Positions 37,880 to 51,800 of a stretch of DNA of 64,000 nt are shown one piece after another. Numbering within the stretch: the stretch's first letter is position 1; each line of letters starts with the position of its first letter. The position numbers were made by a program, and so were the translations under genes. Below the pieces are notes generated by a model, which was given only the letters and a program-made list of their open reading frames with translations, did not search any database and was not told the origin of the DNA. The stretch comes from Raillietiella orientalis (Eukaryota). Location: assembly GCA_036172245.1 (NCBI GenBank), contig JAYWIR010000008.1:3844001-3908000 (forward strand), written 5' to 3'.

Positions 37880-38597
37880 AGGATACCCATGCAAGCTCGC
37901 GGGGGCAACGGCAAACCGCTCGGCTGAGCGCACGGAACCTCCCCCAGGGCCCGCCAGCAGTCGTTCGCGTCTCCTCCCAGCAGTCCCCGAGAAATCACTG
38001 GGGTCCGCGGACCTCCGGGACGGTCCGCGCCCGAACCCTTCCTCTTCGGCACCGGCAGACCGCCACCACGGGCCGGGGTCGTTCGGGGGAGGCGCGGAGC
38101 GTCTCCACGCCTGGGCGGGGAGGAACCCCAAGGGGGCGACGGGAACTCCGCATCCCAGCACGCGCCGCCGGAAGCCGAGCCAGGGACGGGGGCGGCTCGC
38201 AGGGAGCACTGCGCTCCTTCCTTAGGCGGGCAGGGTGCCTCGCGGATCGTGCTCGAAGGGATGCCCGCCTCTCCCCAGAGTTGCCCGTTGCGCCGGTAGT
38301 GCTCCTCCACGTGCGAGCGAGCAGCGGTGACCATCAGCACGGGGAGGACGGACGCGGCTGTCGTCGCAGGGAGACACGTCCGTCTCGTGGCCCATCGGCA
38401 GACCGCCGCCTGGAAGGGAGTGTGGAAGGGGAGGTGGCCGGCGGGCCGAGTGTGGAACGCGCGGCACGGGGAAGGGACTCTAGGGGCTGCCGCGTTCCGA
38501 CTGTCCCGACTGGGCTGCACGCCCCTGCCCTCCCCTCCCTTCCCTGCCCTACGCGGGTCCACAGGAATCGTGCTGTGTGCCATGGGATTGATCCATC
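37880..38597 (-). repeat. GC-rich dispersed repeat of unknown class, copy 2 (inverted relative to copy 1)
   Basis: See copy 1. This copy carries ~57 extra nt near 38262-38320. Confidence 0.92.
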
Positions 38598-40172
38598 CGA
38601 TTCCTTATTTGTTTACGTATTGGCCCTCCACCCTCCCCCTCCAATCCTCTCGCACCCTGTTTCCAGAGACTCCCTCTCCTTCGGGCTCGGGCTGACTCGC
38701 GTCAGCGCTTCTGCCGCCGCGCCCATTTCGTTGGTACCTTCCAAAGGGTGACGCAGCCATCCGGAGAGGGGGTGAGGTGGGCCAGCTTGTGACCCTTCAG
38801 CCTCCAAACTTCCTTCGAGCTGGTCCTCAGGGGGGCTGCGGCCCAGGTCAACCGGCGGCACCGGTGGAGGACCGCGGGTACCGGTCCGTCCATCTCGCCG
38901 GAGGCAGGCCAATCGCCGCCTGACGTGCGGTCTCCTTCCCCGGGTGGGATCCACGCCCCTCATCCGCAGAAATCGAGGCCTCCCCTCGCACGGCAGCGCT
39001 ACCCGGGGCGCTTTCCTCTTCCATTTCCCATCTTTTGTGGCTACCCCCTTCACCCCCTCCAGCCCGTCCGGGGATTGTCGAGGCGGCCGCCCGACGCGGC
39101 ACGTCCTGCAGAGCTCTCAAAGATGCGCTTCGCGCCCCCACCCACCCCTTCCCGCATCGGGGCTCAGCCCCGAACCTCTCCGCCTGACGGACGCGGGTGC
39201 AGAGATCGTCCCGGCGGCCGGTATTCTCGAGGGGGGAGTGGGAGGGGGGAAGGATGAACGCCGGTATCTCCAGTCGCAAGCTCCCTTCAGGAACTCAGCG
39301 AGCTGAGGAGGGCCCTCCTTGGCCCTCGCACGCGACCGCGGGAGAGGTCGCACCACCCAGCGACAGAGCTGCAGAAGGACACCTGGCCGAGGAGGAACGC
39401 CTGGGGGTGGTAGGGAGGTGGCATCGAGCGCGCCCCCCGCAGCGCCGGTTTCCCTGCAGCAGAGGGCAAAGAGCGGGACGGCGGCAGCACCCGGAGGCCT
39501 CTCCCGGCAGCTTCTGCGACGACTCTATACGCCCCAAGGCCTGTCGGCCGCCGGCCACCCCGCGCCATACCATCTGGCCAGCAGCCGCGAAAGGAAGCGC
39601 GTAAGTGGAGAACTTCCACTCGCCGCACCCCATCCGTGGTGGTGGTCGAGCGCAAAATGGCCGCTCCAGCGTCCCGAAACCGAAGAGTCCGCCTCTCGGA
39701 CTGAGGCCATGAGAAGGACGAGGGATGGAAACCCACTGACCTCCCCCGCTCCGCCGTCCCTCGTTCCGGAGATGCCGGCCGTCATCTCCCTCCCCTGTAC
39801 ACTCATTTTTATCCCCTTCCCACTGGACATGCCCCTTCCTCCGGACTGCGCACGAGGCGACGCACCTGGGGTCGTGCCCCCGGGGCACGAGAATGCGCGT
39901 GCCGCCCTTGTCGTCTGAGCAGATGCCTCGGAGCAACCGGGTTTGAAAGAACGGCACCATTGCTCATCTAGTCCGGGGGAGTGAGAAGGTCTGGAGCGAA
40001 ACAGATGTGATGAGGGGGAGGGACGGGTCAGCAGGCTCCCCACTCCCTCTGACCCTCTGCCCTTGCGCGCTACGAGTGATGCTCTCCTTACCCTTAGGAT
40101 ACGCCGACCTCCACCTTCCTCCGCAAGGAGGCGGTCGGCGGGACGGTGGCGCTTTCCGCTGCTGCACTGGCC

Positions 40173-42897
40173 TCTCACCTGGGTGCGCCGAGGTGTTTTT
40201 TTCCAAAATAAACATTTCATGAGAACTGTGGTTGGGAGGGTGGTCCAACCACGCAAAATGTAATAGAGAGCTTTCCAGTCACCGGTTCGCCGACCAGCGC
40301 GGTCCACCACAGCAGCAGAGAGAAGGGGACAAAGCAAAAAGAAAAAATAAATGAAAATAAATACACATTGGAGGCTGCGGGAAGGGATAATTGCTTCTCG
40401 GCCTTTCGGCTAAGATCAAAGCGGGATTACGTTCCTCTAGTGGCGGTCCTGTGCATCCCTGTAGGATGCTGGCAAGGTCTTGCTCGATATTACTGTTCAG
40501 GTAGGCTCTCAAGTCGCCATCCTGATGAAGCCTACGGCGAAGTGGATGGCACTTCTATCACTAGCCCCCCTGTTGCGTGGCTCTATGCAGCGACGGTACC
40601 GCGGAGGCAGCACAGGGCTGCTAGGGATGTTGCTGGCCGAAGGGTGTCGCGAACGAAGAGGGGTTTCAAAGTCTCTGGAGTTGCCTCCGGGGGTTCCCAG
40701 GGCCGCGGCAAAGCGTTACCACAGGGTCCGGAGGGCAACACAGTCCACTAACAGGTGGGGGAGGGATGCACGTTCCCCGCACGTGCTACAGTTGGGGTCC
40801 ACACACACCCGCGTCCTGGAACCGCCTGTGACCCGGCATCTACACCGCTGCACGCTGCGGAACATGCTCAAGTGTCTTGCCAGAAGCACGTGTGCGGAGA
40901 CGACCCCACCGACCACGGCGCTGCCCTTTTTGAGGAGGGCGCTCTGCAGCAGCCAAACGCTGAGGTGGCAAGACTCCTGCCGGATAGCGGGCAAGGAGAA
41001 GCTAAGCGGTTGGACCACGAGGGAACTGGCTGACGCCGCGACCCTGAGCGTCCTCCCGCGAGGAATTCAGAGATGAGGCGAGCTGCTGGGCATTCCTCTG
41101 GATGACCTAAAGTGGCCCCTGGTATTTACAGACATGTCCACCCTCCCCTTCAAGTGGCAGGAATCGGCGCTGCTGCTGTTGCACTGGGGTCTTCCCTGCA
41201 ACGCGCGCCGCCACCACTGGACGTTGAAGAAGGTGGGACAGATGTGTGCAGTGTGCGAGGAGAAGGAATCCCTTCCCACCTGTTAGTGGACTGCGCTGCC
41301 CTCCGGCCCTTGTGAGAACGTTTTGCTACGACCTTCCGCATGCAGGTCGGCAGCCCCCCCAGAGACGTGCGCTTCCTCTTCCTGCGGGACGCCCTGCAAC
41401 CAGCCACAGCCCTGGCAGCTCTCTGCTGCCTCCGAGGGATTGTGGCTGCGTGGAGCGCAGCCAACAGAGGAAGCAGGATAGGGACCCCATCGTACACGCG
41501 GGTCGCTACCTGCGGATCGCGATCGGCTGGTCCCATCTGGGAGCTATGCAGAGGGACCTCGAGGGCATCCTGGAAAGGATGGTCTCTTCCTCCAGCGGAC
41601 AGTGATCCCTTCCCGGCCCACCCAAGTGTTTCTTTTTTTTTGTTTTTATTTTTATTTTTATTTTCTCCCCTATCCCCACCGCTGCCGAGGAGTGTCGAGC
41701 CGGTCTGCGTTCCAGCTTCCAGGCAGACCCCATGAACTATTGGCCCTAGGGGGGCCTAGTACCGCAAATGTAAAGTGTTTGGAAATAAACGCCCCGGCTT
41801 GACCGGGTGGGAACACCCCCGCATCCAGTGATGCCGGCGGGCGTTGCATGGGAGACCCCAGTACAGCAGCAACAGCGCTGACTCCTGCCACTTCAAGGGG
41901 TGGGTGTGGGTGTTCATGAGCACCGGGGTAGGACCACTTCAGATGTTCCAACGGAAGATCCAGTAACTCGCCCCAGCTCAAGAGTCCATGGGGTGGTGTA
42001 CTCGGGGTCGCAGCGTCGTTGAGCTGGCCCGTTTTCCACTTGCCCAGTCCTTTCTTCCTTCCGGAGATTGTAACTTTAACTTCCCATTTCGCCGCGATGC
42101 TGCTGCCCAGGTGTTCCCTGAAGGAGAGCAGCGCTGCGGCGAAGGAAGTTCTTCCTGCCCACGCGCTTCTTCCGGGATCCTCCAGGATCTCTTGGAGCGG
42201 CTGCTGAATTGGCGAAGCTCGGTCTCTAGACGAGCCACTTCAGCGCCACCGCGGGTGCGGCACGGGACGGCGGTGACTGCTACGGTGCCGGAGAGGAGAT
42301 GCACAGGTTATGCAGGGGTGCCGTCTGGATGAGAGGAGGCTTTTCTGAGCGCTCCCTGTCCAAGCGAAGGGCACTCCAGTCCTTCAGGAGGTGCTGGATG
42401 GATTCGACCACCCCGCCTTCCGGTTCGTACCGATGCCTGGCGTGCGTCCTGCTGCGTTCGTCTGCAGCACGAAAAAAACGATGATCTCCCTCAAATTCGC
42501 TGGTGGGTCACCAGAGCCGTGCGGATGATGTGGCTCGAGCGAAGGGGGAGGGAGAGGAAGCTAGGACTATCGAGAGATGCCGGTCTTCTGCCACACGTGA
42601 AGGCTGGCGCAACCGCCAGCCTTCACGATCCACTTCTCCGGATGCTGAGGCGTCTCCGACGGAGCGGACATCCGACCTCTGCCGAGCTTCTGCTCACCCC
42701 ATTCCTCCCGTCAAGCTGACTTCGAGCGCCCGCGGCAGCCGAGGCGCGGGGGGAGGGAGGGGGTCTCGTGACGCCTTTCACTTGGGACAAGCCAGGCTTA
42801 GTAGGGCCGGGAGAGAGAAGCCGCCCGAGCGATCTTCACGCGGCCGCCCATTCCAGTCTGCGTTGCTGGAACGCCTCTGGCTCTGTAATCGGTGATT
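40173..42897 (-). mobile_element. Same L1/Tx1 family, copy E (split by copy D into 42897-41813 and 40816-40173)
   Basis: The right part reads RPREDRSGGFSLP (GGLG-like motif) ... PLKWQESALLLLYWGLPCNARRHHW. The left part resumes at VDPNCSTCGERASLPHLLVDCVALRTLW, followed by the 3' UTR and a degenerate terminal hairpin. Candidate TSD ctgctgcactggcc (40159-40172) / ctgctgcac-ggcc (42898-42910). Confidence 0.8.
40817..41812 (+). mobile_element. Same L1/Tx1 family, copy D, nested in antisense inside copy E
   Basis: Reads KEKLSGWTTRELADAATLSVLPRGIQR*GELLGIPLDDLKWP...FKWQESALLLLHWGLPCNARRHHW...CAVCEEKESL/HLLVDC. 3' end aataaacgccccggcttgaccgggtggga. TSD acacacccgcgtcc (40803-40816) / acacccccgcatcc (41813-41826), 12/14 identical. 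Confidence 0.88.
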
Positions 42898-45800
42898 CTG
42901 CTGCACGGCCGAGGTCATCAGCGGGCCTCCCGCGTCTCCTGAATGACATCGGATTAACACTCGTGACCGGGAGAAGGTCGATCCTCCCTTCCATAACTAA
43001 AACCTCGGTAGGGAAAGGGCCGGACTGTGTGGGAGGGGGAGGAGTTCCATCTTGGAATGGCAGGGCTACTCCTTCCCTGCACCTCCATCCCGCCTGCCGC
43101 GGACGCCCCTGGCATCAAGAAGGATCGCCCGCCCCTCGCGGGCCCGCGGGACACAGTGAAGGCGCGGAGAAACTCCGACGCGCCGCCTGTGGCCGGAAGC
43201 CGGCCGGGCCTCGCAGGGAGTCCTTGGGCAAAAGAGGCCCCGTGCCCTTTCCACCCTCCGCCGCTGCGCGCACCCCTCGGGACGGAAGACGCAGTGGAGC
43301 CACCGCCCGGAGGCGAGGCCGGTGGTGGACGCGCCCTCCTGGATCACACGGACGGGACGAGGTCGCTCCCGGGAAGTCTCCGCGCGTGAGCGTCTCCCGC
43401 TAGCTGGGCGCCCCCCGTACGCTGCCGCCGCGGACTGCACCTGGGACGTTCCCTCTCCGTGTCACGCCCCGAGGGCTCTCCTGTGCACCGTGGTCTCTTC
43501 CGAACTTTCGTGGCGCCCTCCTGGTGCACGTCCGCCTTTGTCAGCCACCACCAACACGGTATCGGACGTGAGGGCACGGCGGGGCACCGCCTGTTGTCGT
43601 CTGAGGGAGGAAGGAGGCGCCCAGGAGGGGTCGCCTTCTCCCCGCGGGTCAGTTGCGAGCGGTCGCACGGGAACGCAGCATCCGCGGAGTCAGACGAGAG
43701 AATTTACTCTCGGAATCCTTCTTCGGTGACCCCGAGGAATGAGCACGCCCGGCACAAAACTTGGGTCCGTCCTTTCACCGGAGAAGACCGAAAGAAGACT
43801 GCCGGCTGTCTGTGCGGTGTGTGTAGCGTCACCTTTTGAGAGCCGACTGAAGTTTCCCTCGTCTCCTTCTGCAGTACCAAAATCGCCTGAGAGAGAGCAC
43901 CGCCATCGCTGCCTTTCCTTTTCCCCCGAGCCACCGCGGGAGCGTCCTGAAAACCGAGAGAGCGTGCGACTGGAACGAGGTCTAGCCTCGACAACGAGAC
44001 TTCTCCACCCTCTCCGCTTCCAAAAGGCGGGAGGAATTCCGAAACGGGCTGGGAGAGGCTGCGCGGCTCCTGCGCTGCGGGGCTGAGATCCAGGGAGGTC
44101 GAGGGCATCCCTGGACGTCTTCCGATGCCTTCCTCAGGAGTCCCTGCACGTTCCGCAGCAGCACGGAGGCAGCCAATGGCTTCTTCCGGGAGCGCCTTCA
44201 GCCCCTCAGGCTCAAGGGCGCACGACCTTCGACGCTTGCGGGGGCACCGGTGCTTCCTCCCCCTGCAGTCTCTCCGATGGTCTCGCCGCGCGCGCTTCTC
44301 CTCCGCCTTGGTCTTGGAAGGGATCCTCCGAGGTCTCCCTGCTTCCCCTTTTCCTTTGCCGGAGGGTCGTCTCTTTGCCACGGCTGACGGTCCCTCTCGG
44401 TGCGGCCTCCTCGACCCCCTTCGAGGGAGAAGGAAGGAGCGCCCTTCCCAGCTCCTCCCTCTTCCTATTCCCTCTGTCGCCTTTGTCTCGACAGCCACCG
44501 CCTAGCCTAAGAAGAGGAGCGGTTCCTTCCTGTTCCTGAAGACGCTCCCGCCGCCACCGCACGAACTCGCCTGCCTTCGATTCACCTCCCTTTAGCGCCG
44601 CGAGGCTTCAAGGAACTGCATGCGGCACCGTCCCGTTCCCCCAGGTGGAGCTCCGAGGAGGGAAAAGAGGAGGAGGAGGATGGACGCTGCTTCCCTTCGG
44701 CGGAAGAGAGGATGAGCGGCGAGAAGAGGGCTGAGCGGGAAGTTCGCGAACCGAAAAGGAGATGGCGCTGCCGCTCCGGTCGGGTTGGACGTGGTGCAGT
44801 GGACCCGGAGGTGCCTGCAGGAGCAGGGAGGGTCGGGTCCACGTGATCCGAGAGCCAGTCGGGGACGACGGCGAACGGGCACCCCACACGAGGCACGCGT
44901 TCACGAAGAAGGCGAGCTGCGAAGGAAAAAGGAGAACCCAGCAACCGGACCCTCGACCTCTCCCGCTGCGGGGCCAAATGCCGGAGGTCTGCGGAGACGC
45001 CGAGCTCGCACGTGCCGGAGGCTGGATCGACGCCTCCGGCGGTCGAGCTGCCGCCACGACCGCCGCCTCGTGGATCGCCTCCCCGGCTAACCACTCCGCG
45101 CGCGAACCGCCGCAGGGTCGGCGGTTCGTTTCCCCGACAACGCGCCGGTCCTCTCCGTGGGCGCTTCGGTGCGGCGCTGACTGCATTCGAGGCAGTCGCC
45201 CGGCTCTCCCGCCATGAGATGCAACCGACCGAAAGGATGGGCACGCACCGGATCTCCAACCCACCCCGCTCGCCACGCTGCCAAAATGGCGACCACTCAG
45301 AGAGGCGCGCGCGCGCCTTCGGTTCCCCGGCTCCACCGCGAAGGTAGGCCGCGCGCGTTCCCCTCCCGTGGCGCTGTTGCTGGGTGCGACCCCCCCCCCC
45401 TCCCCCCATCTTTGCGCAGCCACTTCGCAGCGCCATGGTTTCTCGAGTGCGTCTTCGCTCGAGCGAAAAGAGCAACTCGTTATTCCCGTTCTGCGCGTGG
45501 CTGCACGGTCGCTCCATCCCTGGTGCGAGGCGCGCACTCCCCCTTCGCCCCCCCCCCCCCGGGCGCGCGAAGGGAATTTTGCAAAGAAGCGGAAATGAGG
45601 CTGCGGCGTACCTCGGCGGTCCGCCCGCCCTCGCCCTTTTCGCCGGCGCGCGCGAAATCGCACGGCGCACGCGCGCGCCCGAGAAGGAATTCCTCCGTCG
45701 AGCCGCGGAACAATCGAATTCCGTTCGCGTCGCCGAGAGCGCCAGCTGCCGGGAGCGACGGACGCGCGTCGGTTGCTGCGCCTCCCGCGAGAGGGCAGAG

Positions 45801-48800
45801 GAGTGCCGATACGCGTTCGATCCATGCTGGTGGCAGCTCTCGGTTCTCGACTCGAGTTTCCTTGCTCGGACTTCGTCCGGTATGTCCGTCCTGCTCGGCG
45901 GTCCCGCTGCCTTTCCCCGATCCCCCCCCCCTCCCTCCCTCCCGGAAAAGCGCGTTTTCCCGTGTGCCTTCGGCGCCCGACGTGGCACCTTTCGTTCGCC
46001 GTCGTCGCTTCTGGGCGCTTCCCGATCGTCCTTTCCGGCTCGAAAGGGTCGGGAAGGAAGCGAGGGAAAAGGCTCGACGATGCTTCCTGCATCCCTGCAG
46101 CCCAGGCCCAGTGTCGGGCAGCTTCCAGATCCCCTCTTTCAGCGCAAGCAGGGCGTTCGCAGTGGTGACTCATCTTTTCGGCGGGTGATCCCGCCCGCCG
46201 GAGAAGGCGCATTTCGAAGACGTCCGCGGAGCAGTCGGCATAAAAGGGGGTGGGCGTGTCCCCGTTTCCGTGCTCCGTCGCCTTGGTTTCCCGCCTGGTC
46301 GGCAGGCTGCACGTACTTCCCGACTTGCACGGGGAAGCTCGTCCGGAAAAGGATCCCCGGGCACGGAAAAGCTGCGTTCGCAGCAGCTTCCTGGTTCGGT
46401 TCCCGGTTCCCGTGCCGGAACTCCACTTCCGGTTGGGCGCAGCGGCACCGCCTTTGCTGCCATCGTGGTCGTCGTCGCTGCTAATTGGCGCCCAAGTTGG
46501 CGACATCCGTTCCGATGGCAGCGGGGAACATTCCGTCGCCGCAGACGTTGTCAGGCGTTCCGTTCAACCCGTTTCCATGGGATCAATCAGCTGGAGAGAG
46601 GGTTTATCCGAAAACGCTCGTGTTTATGACGAATCGATCTCCCCAGCGCGCAGACGAGGGAACACTGTGTTAAGGGAGGAGTAAATGGCGAGGAGATTCT
46701 ATAAATAGTAAACGAGGACCATTAGGCTCGAAAATATGAATCAGATGTTTATTCGAAAGGAATGATTTGGTGGAGCGGGAGGCAGGCAGGGAACAATCCC
46801 AGCCCATCATCCAGCATCCGCGCCCGGGAGGGACTCGCCGGGAGGACGGCACACCGCGGAAAGCGAGACGAGCGGAAGCACGCGAGAGGCTGCGAAAGTT
46901 GCGCAGGGAACCGGGAGGACCCCAAGTGGAGAGACAAAGGGAGACGCGAGAGAGGGAGCCGCGCCGGGAGCGCTCCATCGACCGTGCAAAGCAAGAAGAA
47001 GGAAGAGGGAGAAAAGGAAAAAAAGGAAAGAAAAAAGAAAAAAAAAAAAAAAAAAAAAGGAGAGAAAAAACGTGGAAAAAGTGCGCCAAGGAACGGAGGG
47101 CGTTCGAGTCGAAACGAATAAATTAATAATGCGGGGCGCTTTGCCGGCGCCGCGGCGGCAGCACTCCTCCCGTCCTCGGCGTGGTCGGACCCGGGAATGA
47201 TGGCACGAGGCACGCAGGGTGGAGTGGCGAGGGGGAGGCAGCCGAGGAGCACACTCTCCCTCGCCTCGCCTGCCCCCCTCCCCCCCTCCTTCTCGTCCTC
47301 CTCTCCTGCGAGGTAATGACACATGGAAAGTTAATGACATAATTGGCGCCGACGAGGAAAGTGGCTGGAAGACATCCAGCACCAAGGAGCTCGCGAGAAC
47401 CCTCCTCGTAAGGGACGCCGCTCCAGGAAACGGAGCGTCCGAGGCAGCACGTGCACCCCGGGGAGCAGCGGGATCGCGGTCTCCACGAGGGGGCGTGCGG
47501 GTTTGCGCGCGTCCCTTGTTCTTCTTGGCCGGGAGATCTTCTGGACGGAGATCGCTGTGTCCGACCGTCCCGCCGCTACTGCTGCTGCGCGCGCGCGCCC
47601 GAGTGGTGGTGGCGACGCGAGATCGCGATCCGGGTACTCCGAGGAAGGCAGGAACGCTCCGGCGCCCGCGGCGAGCCCGGGAAGGAGGGGGGGAGAGCGG
47701 CGGTGTCGGTTGGGTTGCGCCTGGTCGAAGCCGAACCGGCCCGAGACGCGCAAGCCGCAAGGAAGGGGGCCGTCCCCTCAGGGTTCACGATCCCGGCTCA
47801 CGAACAGCCCGCCAACGACTTCCTGGGAGGAATTCCTTTAGGCGCGTGGGAGGAGGACTAGCGCCCGGGAGGACGCGGGGGGCAGCCGGACGTCTGCGCG
47901 GCGGCGTCCGTCGAGCCCTCCCAGTCGGCCGGCCTCGGCGGCGGCGGCGGGCGTCCCCCCCCCTTCTCCTCAGCAGCAGCAGCAGCAGCCAGGATGCGCG
48001 CCGAGGAGGAGAGCGGACCGAGCGCCTGACGGCAACGAGGTCTCCAGTTCGGCAGATTGTCGCCAGGGGCGCCTCGCGTCGTCTCTCGGCTTCCGGTGCC
48101 GCCGCCGTGCGGAAGGAGCAGGCGGCGGAAAGCGCGCGCGCACCCCTCCGCCGTGGTGCGTCGTGGAAAGCAGCAGCGTTCCGAGGCCGGGAAACGGGGG
48201 GAGGAGGAAGCGGCTTTTTCGAGAGAGGAGAGAACGGCCGGAAGGGGAAAGCGTGAAGGGGGCTCCACTCCTCCCCCAAGGCGCACCCCGGCGAGGAGAC
48301 GCCTTCTAGCAGAGTCACTGCCCGTTCCCCCGCGTTCGTCGTGGCCTCCCTCAAGTGCTTTCCTTCTCCCGGCCTCCTTTTGTGCCCCTGGCGTCGGGGG
48401 AGCCCTCTCCCCTACGGGTTCGGGGAACAGGTACCCAATTTTCGGAGGGACGCGCTCCTTTCCGGGCTCCTCCCTGGGGACCGACTTCCGGATGCGTGTC
48501 GCTGCAGTCACCCCCACGACTCCTTGCATTCTCCTTCCTACCCTCTCCCGAACGTCCGTCCCGGCTCTCCCGTCGAGTTCCTTCCGAACGCTGGGGCGCG
48601 GCAACGGTGGTCTCCTCGCCGGCTCTTCCGCGCCTCCGCTTCATTCCCGAGGGAAGCTTCCCCTTCCCCGAAGGATCTCCAGAGGCCATTTCTGGGAGCG
48701 CACGCAGGAGGTGCGCGCCCTCTTCCTCGGGTTCGCTGACAGCGCCCCGTACCTTTCTCCTCCTCCCCCCCCCCCCGATTCTCTGGCTTTCCGGGCGTCG

Positions 48801-51800
48801 CCCTTCCCTTTCTATGCTGTTCCGAAGGGGAATCTCGTGCCCGGGTTCCCCTGTCCCGTGTTGGTGGCGCTGCGCGGCGGCGGCGGCGCTCGCCGACGTC
48901 ACCTTGGAATAGAAGCGCAGCGCCACTCGGCGGAACTTTCCAGAGATGCGCACGCGCGGAGGGCAGGTTCTTCAGCGCCTACTGGCACCGCCCGCCTCCT
49001 CCTTCGGTACCCCCAGACTGCAGTCTCACAGACCTGCGACCCCCCTTCCCCTCCATCCTCTCTGCTGTCTTCTCTCCCACAGTTCCTTTCCGCCGGATGC
49101 ACTTCCCGGATGTCGCCAGCCGCCTCCGCAGTCCCTCCCCTACGCGCGTCCTTCCACGACCTGAGGGGGGGCACTTCGGCGCGCGCGATCCGTCGCTCCT
49201 CCGGTGGGACGTCAGGCGGCCGCCACCTCCGAAAATACGGGAAATGCTGAAGAGCGCCCACCAAGACTGACCAAGAACTCGGGTTGCGTGGGGAGTAAAG
49301 GGGGAGGGAGAGGGGCGGAAGAAGAGAAGATGGCAGCAACGTGAGCAGCAAGGACGGCAACGGCAGCGACAGAAAAAAGGCAACCATAGCAACGGCAGCA
49401 GAAGGAACCACATGAACAGCAACAGCACAATCAGCACCGGTGGGAGTAGCAGCAGCGGCGAGAGCGCAGCATGCAGCACGGGTCCTCGTCCTTGCGAGCA
49501 GCAAGGACAGGACGCCCGCGCCGGTGTGGACGTGCGCTCGCAACGAAGCGCGGAGAGAAATCGGCGAAGACGAGGAGGCGGTGAAAGGCGAGCGGCGCTT
49601 CCCAGGGCGAACGCGGGTTTCTCCGGGGACCGCGGGATTGACGGAGGAGAGGGAGGCGAAGACAGGGAGCTCGGATGACAGACAAGCCGGGAAAGCGCTG
49701 CCCTCCTCCCCGGCCGTCCGTCGGCAGCCAGGACGGAATCATCCGGCGCGCCACCCTCGTGCGTTTCGCGGATCTCCGGTCGCGAGGCGACCGGAAAGGT
49801 TCGCTCCCGGCGGGCAGCTCAAAGGCACGCCGAGGGCGCGAGGCAGGCGTCCGGGCTAGCAGCGAACCGAGGAAGGCGAAACAGGCCGGGGGGGGACACC
49901 GCAGGAAAAAGTGGGCGGACGCTGGTGCCGGGGAGGGGGGCTGCCCGAACGCAGAGGCCCTTCCCTTCCTTTTCGGAAGCGGAGCCATGCGTCTGCCTCC
50001 CGACGAGGGAGCACACAGAGCTCCCCGCACGCCTCCGCGAAGCCTTGAGAAGAGACCGAGAGAGCGCCGCCCGGTCGCCTGCCCGCCGCCTCGTCGGGCC
50101 GCGCGTGTGGGCCGTTCGGCGGCCTGCCGCGTCCCCCGCCGGCACCACGGGGCCTCACCACGAGCGCGCACGGCTTTCCAGCTCGGCTGGAGGAGTCCGC
50201 CACGTGGCTGTCGCTCGGAGCACAGCTCTTCCCTCCCCCGTGCGCCGCTGGAGGCGCACGCCGTTTCCTAGCTGGCGGCATGGACGACGCGTCCAGACGC
50301 GCGCGCGCACCTCCGGGAAACGTGCCTGACGTCTCGTTCGCTCCTGGCGCCGCGCGGAAAGCGCGCAGCCCCGTGCCGCAGCATCCCACCCTCCACGACG
50401 TGCTCTCTCCGGCCGCCTCTCTCGCTCGGCAGCGGTCAGAGCGGCTTCGCTCGCGGCGCGAGAGGTCGCAGTTCGCGGGTTTTCGGGAGTCGCGCGGACT
50501 CTGCGCCAGCGTCGCCGCCGGTGAAGTCATTTCCGGTGACGCGACGACGGCTGCCGCGGCCAGCGCGCAGCCACCATGCCCCCGCGCCACGGCAGCCACG
50601 GCGGCGGGTGCTCCCTTTCGAGGGACGCACCCTCCTCCGCGGGGACGCGGGCCGTCCCGTACTTGTACGTCCACGTGCTTGTACAGGTGCGCTCGGGCGT
50701 CAGTGGCGCCGCCGTTGGTGAGGGCGGCGGAACCTCCAAGCCGGGGAATCCATGCGCCATGTCCGCCTACTCACGAACTCGCCCTCGCGCCTGCACTTTC
50801 CGAAAAATCCGGCGCGTAGATGGCACGCGCGCAATTCGGCAAGCATCCGCATCCGTGTCGTGAGATCTCGTGCGTCTATGCGTGCGCGCTATGTCCCTCC
50901 CCCCCACCCCGCCGCCTCCTGACTTCCCTCATCTCCGGGCTGCTCCCGAACGAGATTCCGGGAGCGCGCACACGCGCGCGCGCCTCTCCAGAGATGAAAC
51001 CGGAGGGGCCAACGCCGCTTGTCCGGAAGGGGGGAAGAGGAAAGAAAAAAGAGAGGGGGAAAAAAAAAAAAAAAAAAAAAATCGGGAACGGGGCAGCGAG
51101 CGCGCGCACCGTCGGCGAACCTCCTTTTACGTGTGCACGCCCGCGCTCTGCGTGTGTGCTCTCCTGGGTGATTGGCGAGCGTTCCCGGCAGCAAGCACGC
51201 GCGCCCAAGAGCTTGCCGGATCTCCAGAACTTCTGCAGCAGCACACCCCGGACGAGCAGAGCATTCCAAGGGTTGTCTGTCTTCTTGCTCGCTTTCCTCC
51301 CCCCCCCCCTCTCCCCGGCAAGAAGGCAGCCGGCAGCCTGCCTGCCTCATCCACCACGTCGGGACGGGCGGAGCGCACAGGGCGCGGTTGCTGCAAGGCA
51401 AGCTCCCCCTCCCCTCCTCGCAACCTCTTGCATTTCGTCCGTATCCTAGCAACACGTTCTCAGCGGAATTAAAGGACTCGTAGGAGATATTGATTAGAAG
51501 TTGCGCCGAGCGGCTGCTGAGTGTCGCATCACGGATGGACGTTCGCGGATCGCTCGCCGACGCAAAGACGAAGGAAGGAAAAGTGAACGTCGCGGAACGT
51601 TCTAAAATACGCAAACTCATTATTTTCACTTTTGCTTATCGGCATTTAGATAGAGCTTAAAATAGGCGATCGGTAAGGTGCGTCATCCACGCCTCCTCCA
51701 TCGTGGCGGCGAGCGACGCGCTCTCTACCGGTGGAAAAATCGACGGCGGTGGAATTTTTAGACCGGCGAAGGCGTCCGTAGGCGCCCGGAAACAGACCGT

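Noticed and set aside
40521..40545. Hammerhead-like ctgatgaagcctacggcgaagt (similar partial motifs at 16780 and 55568)
   Set aside because: Lacks the GAAA core and stems I/III, and lies antisense within LINE coding sequence.
44608..46506. Longest ORF (632 aa, minus) and overlapping 468/366/324-aa ORFs
   Set aside because: Very GC-rich DNA with several frames open on both strands, Arg/Gly/Pro/Ala-biased translation through homopolymer runs, and no recognisable domain.
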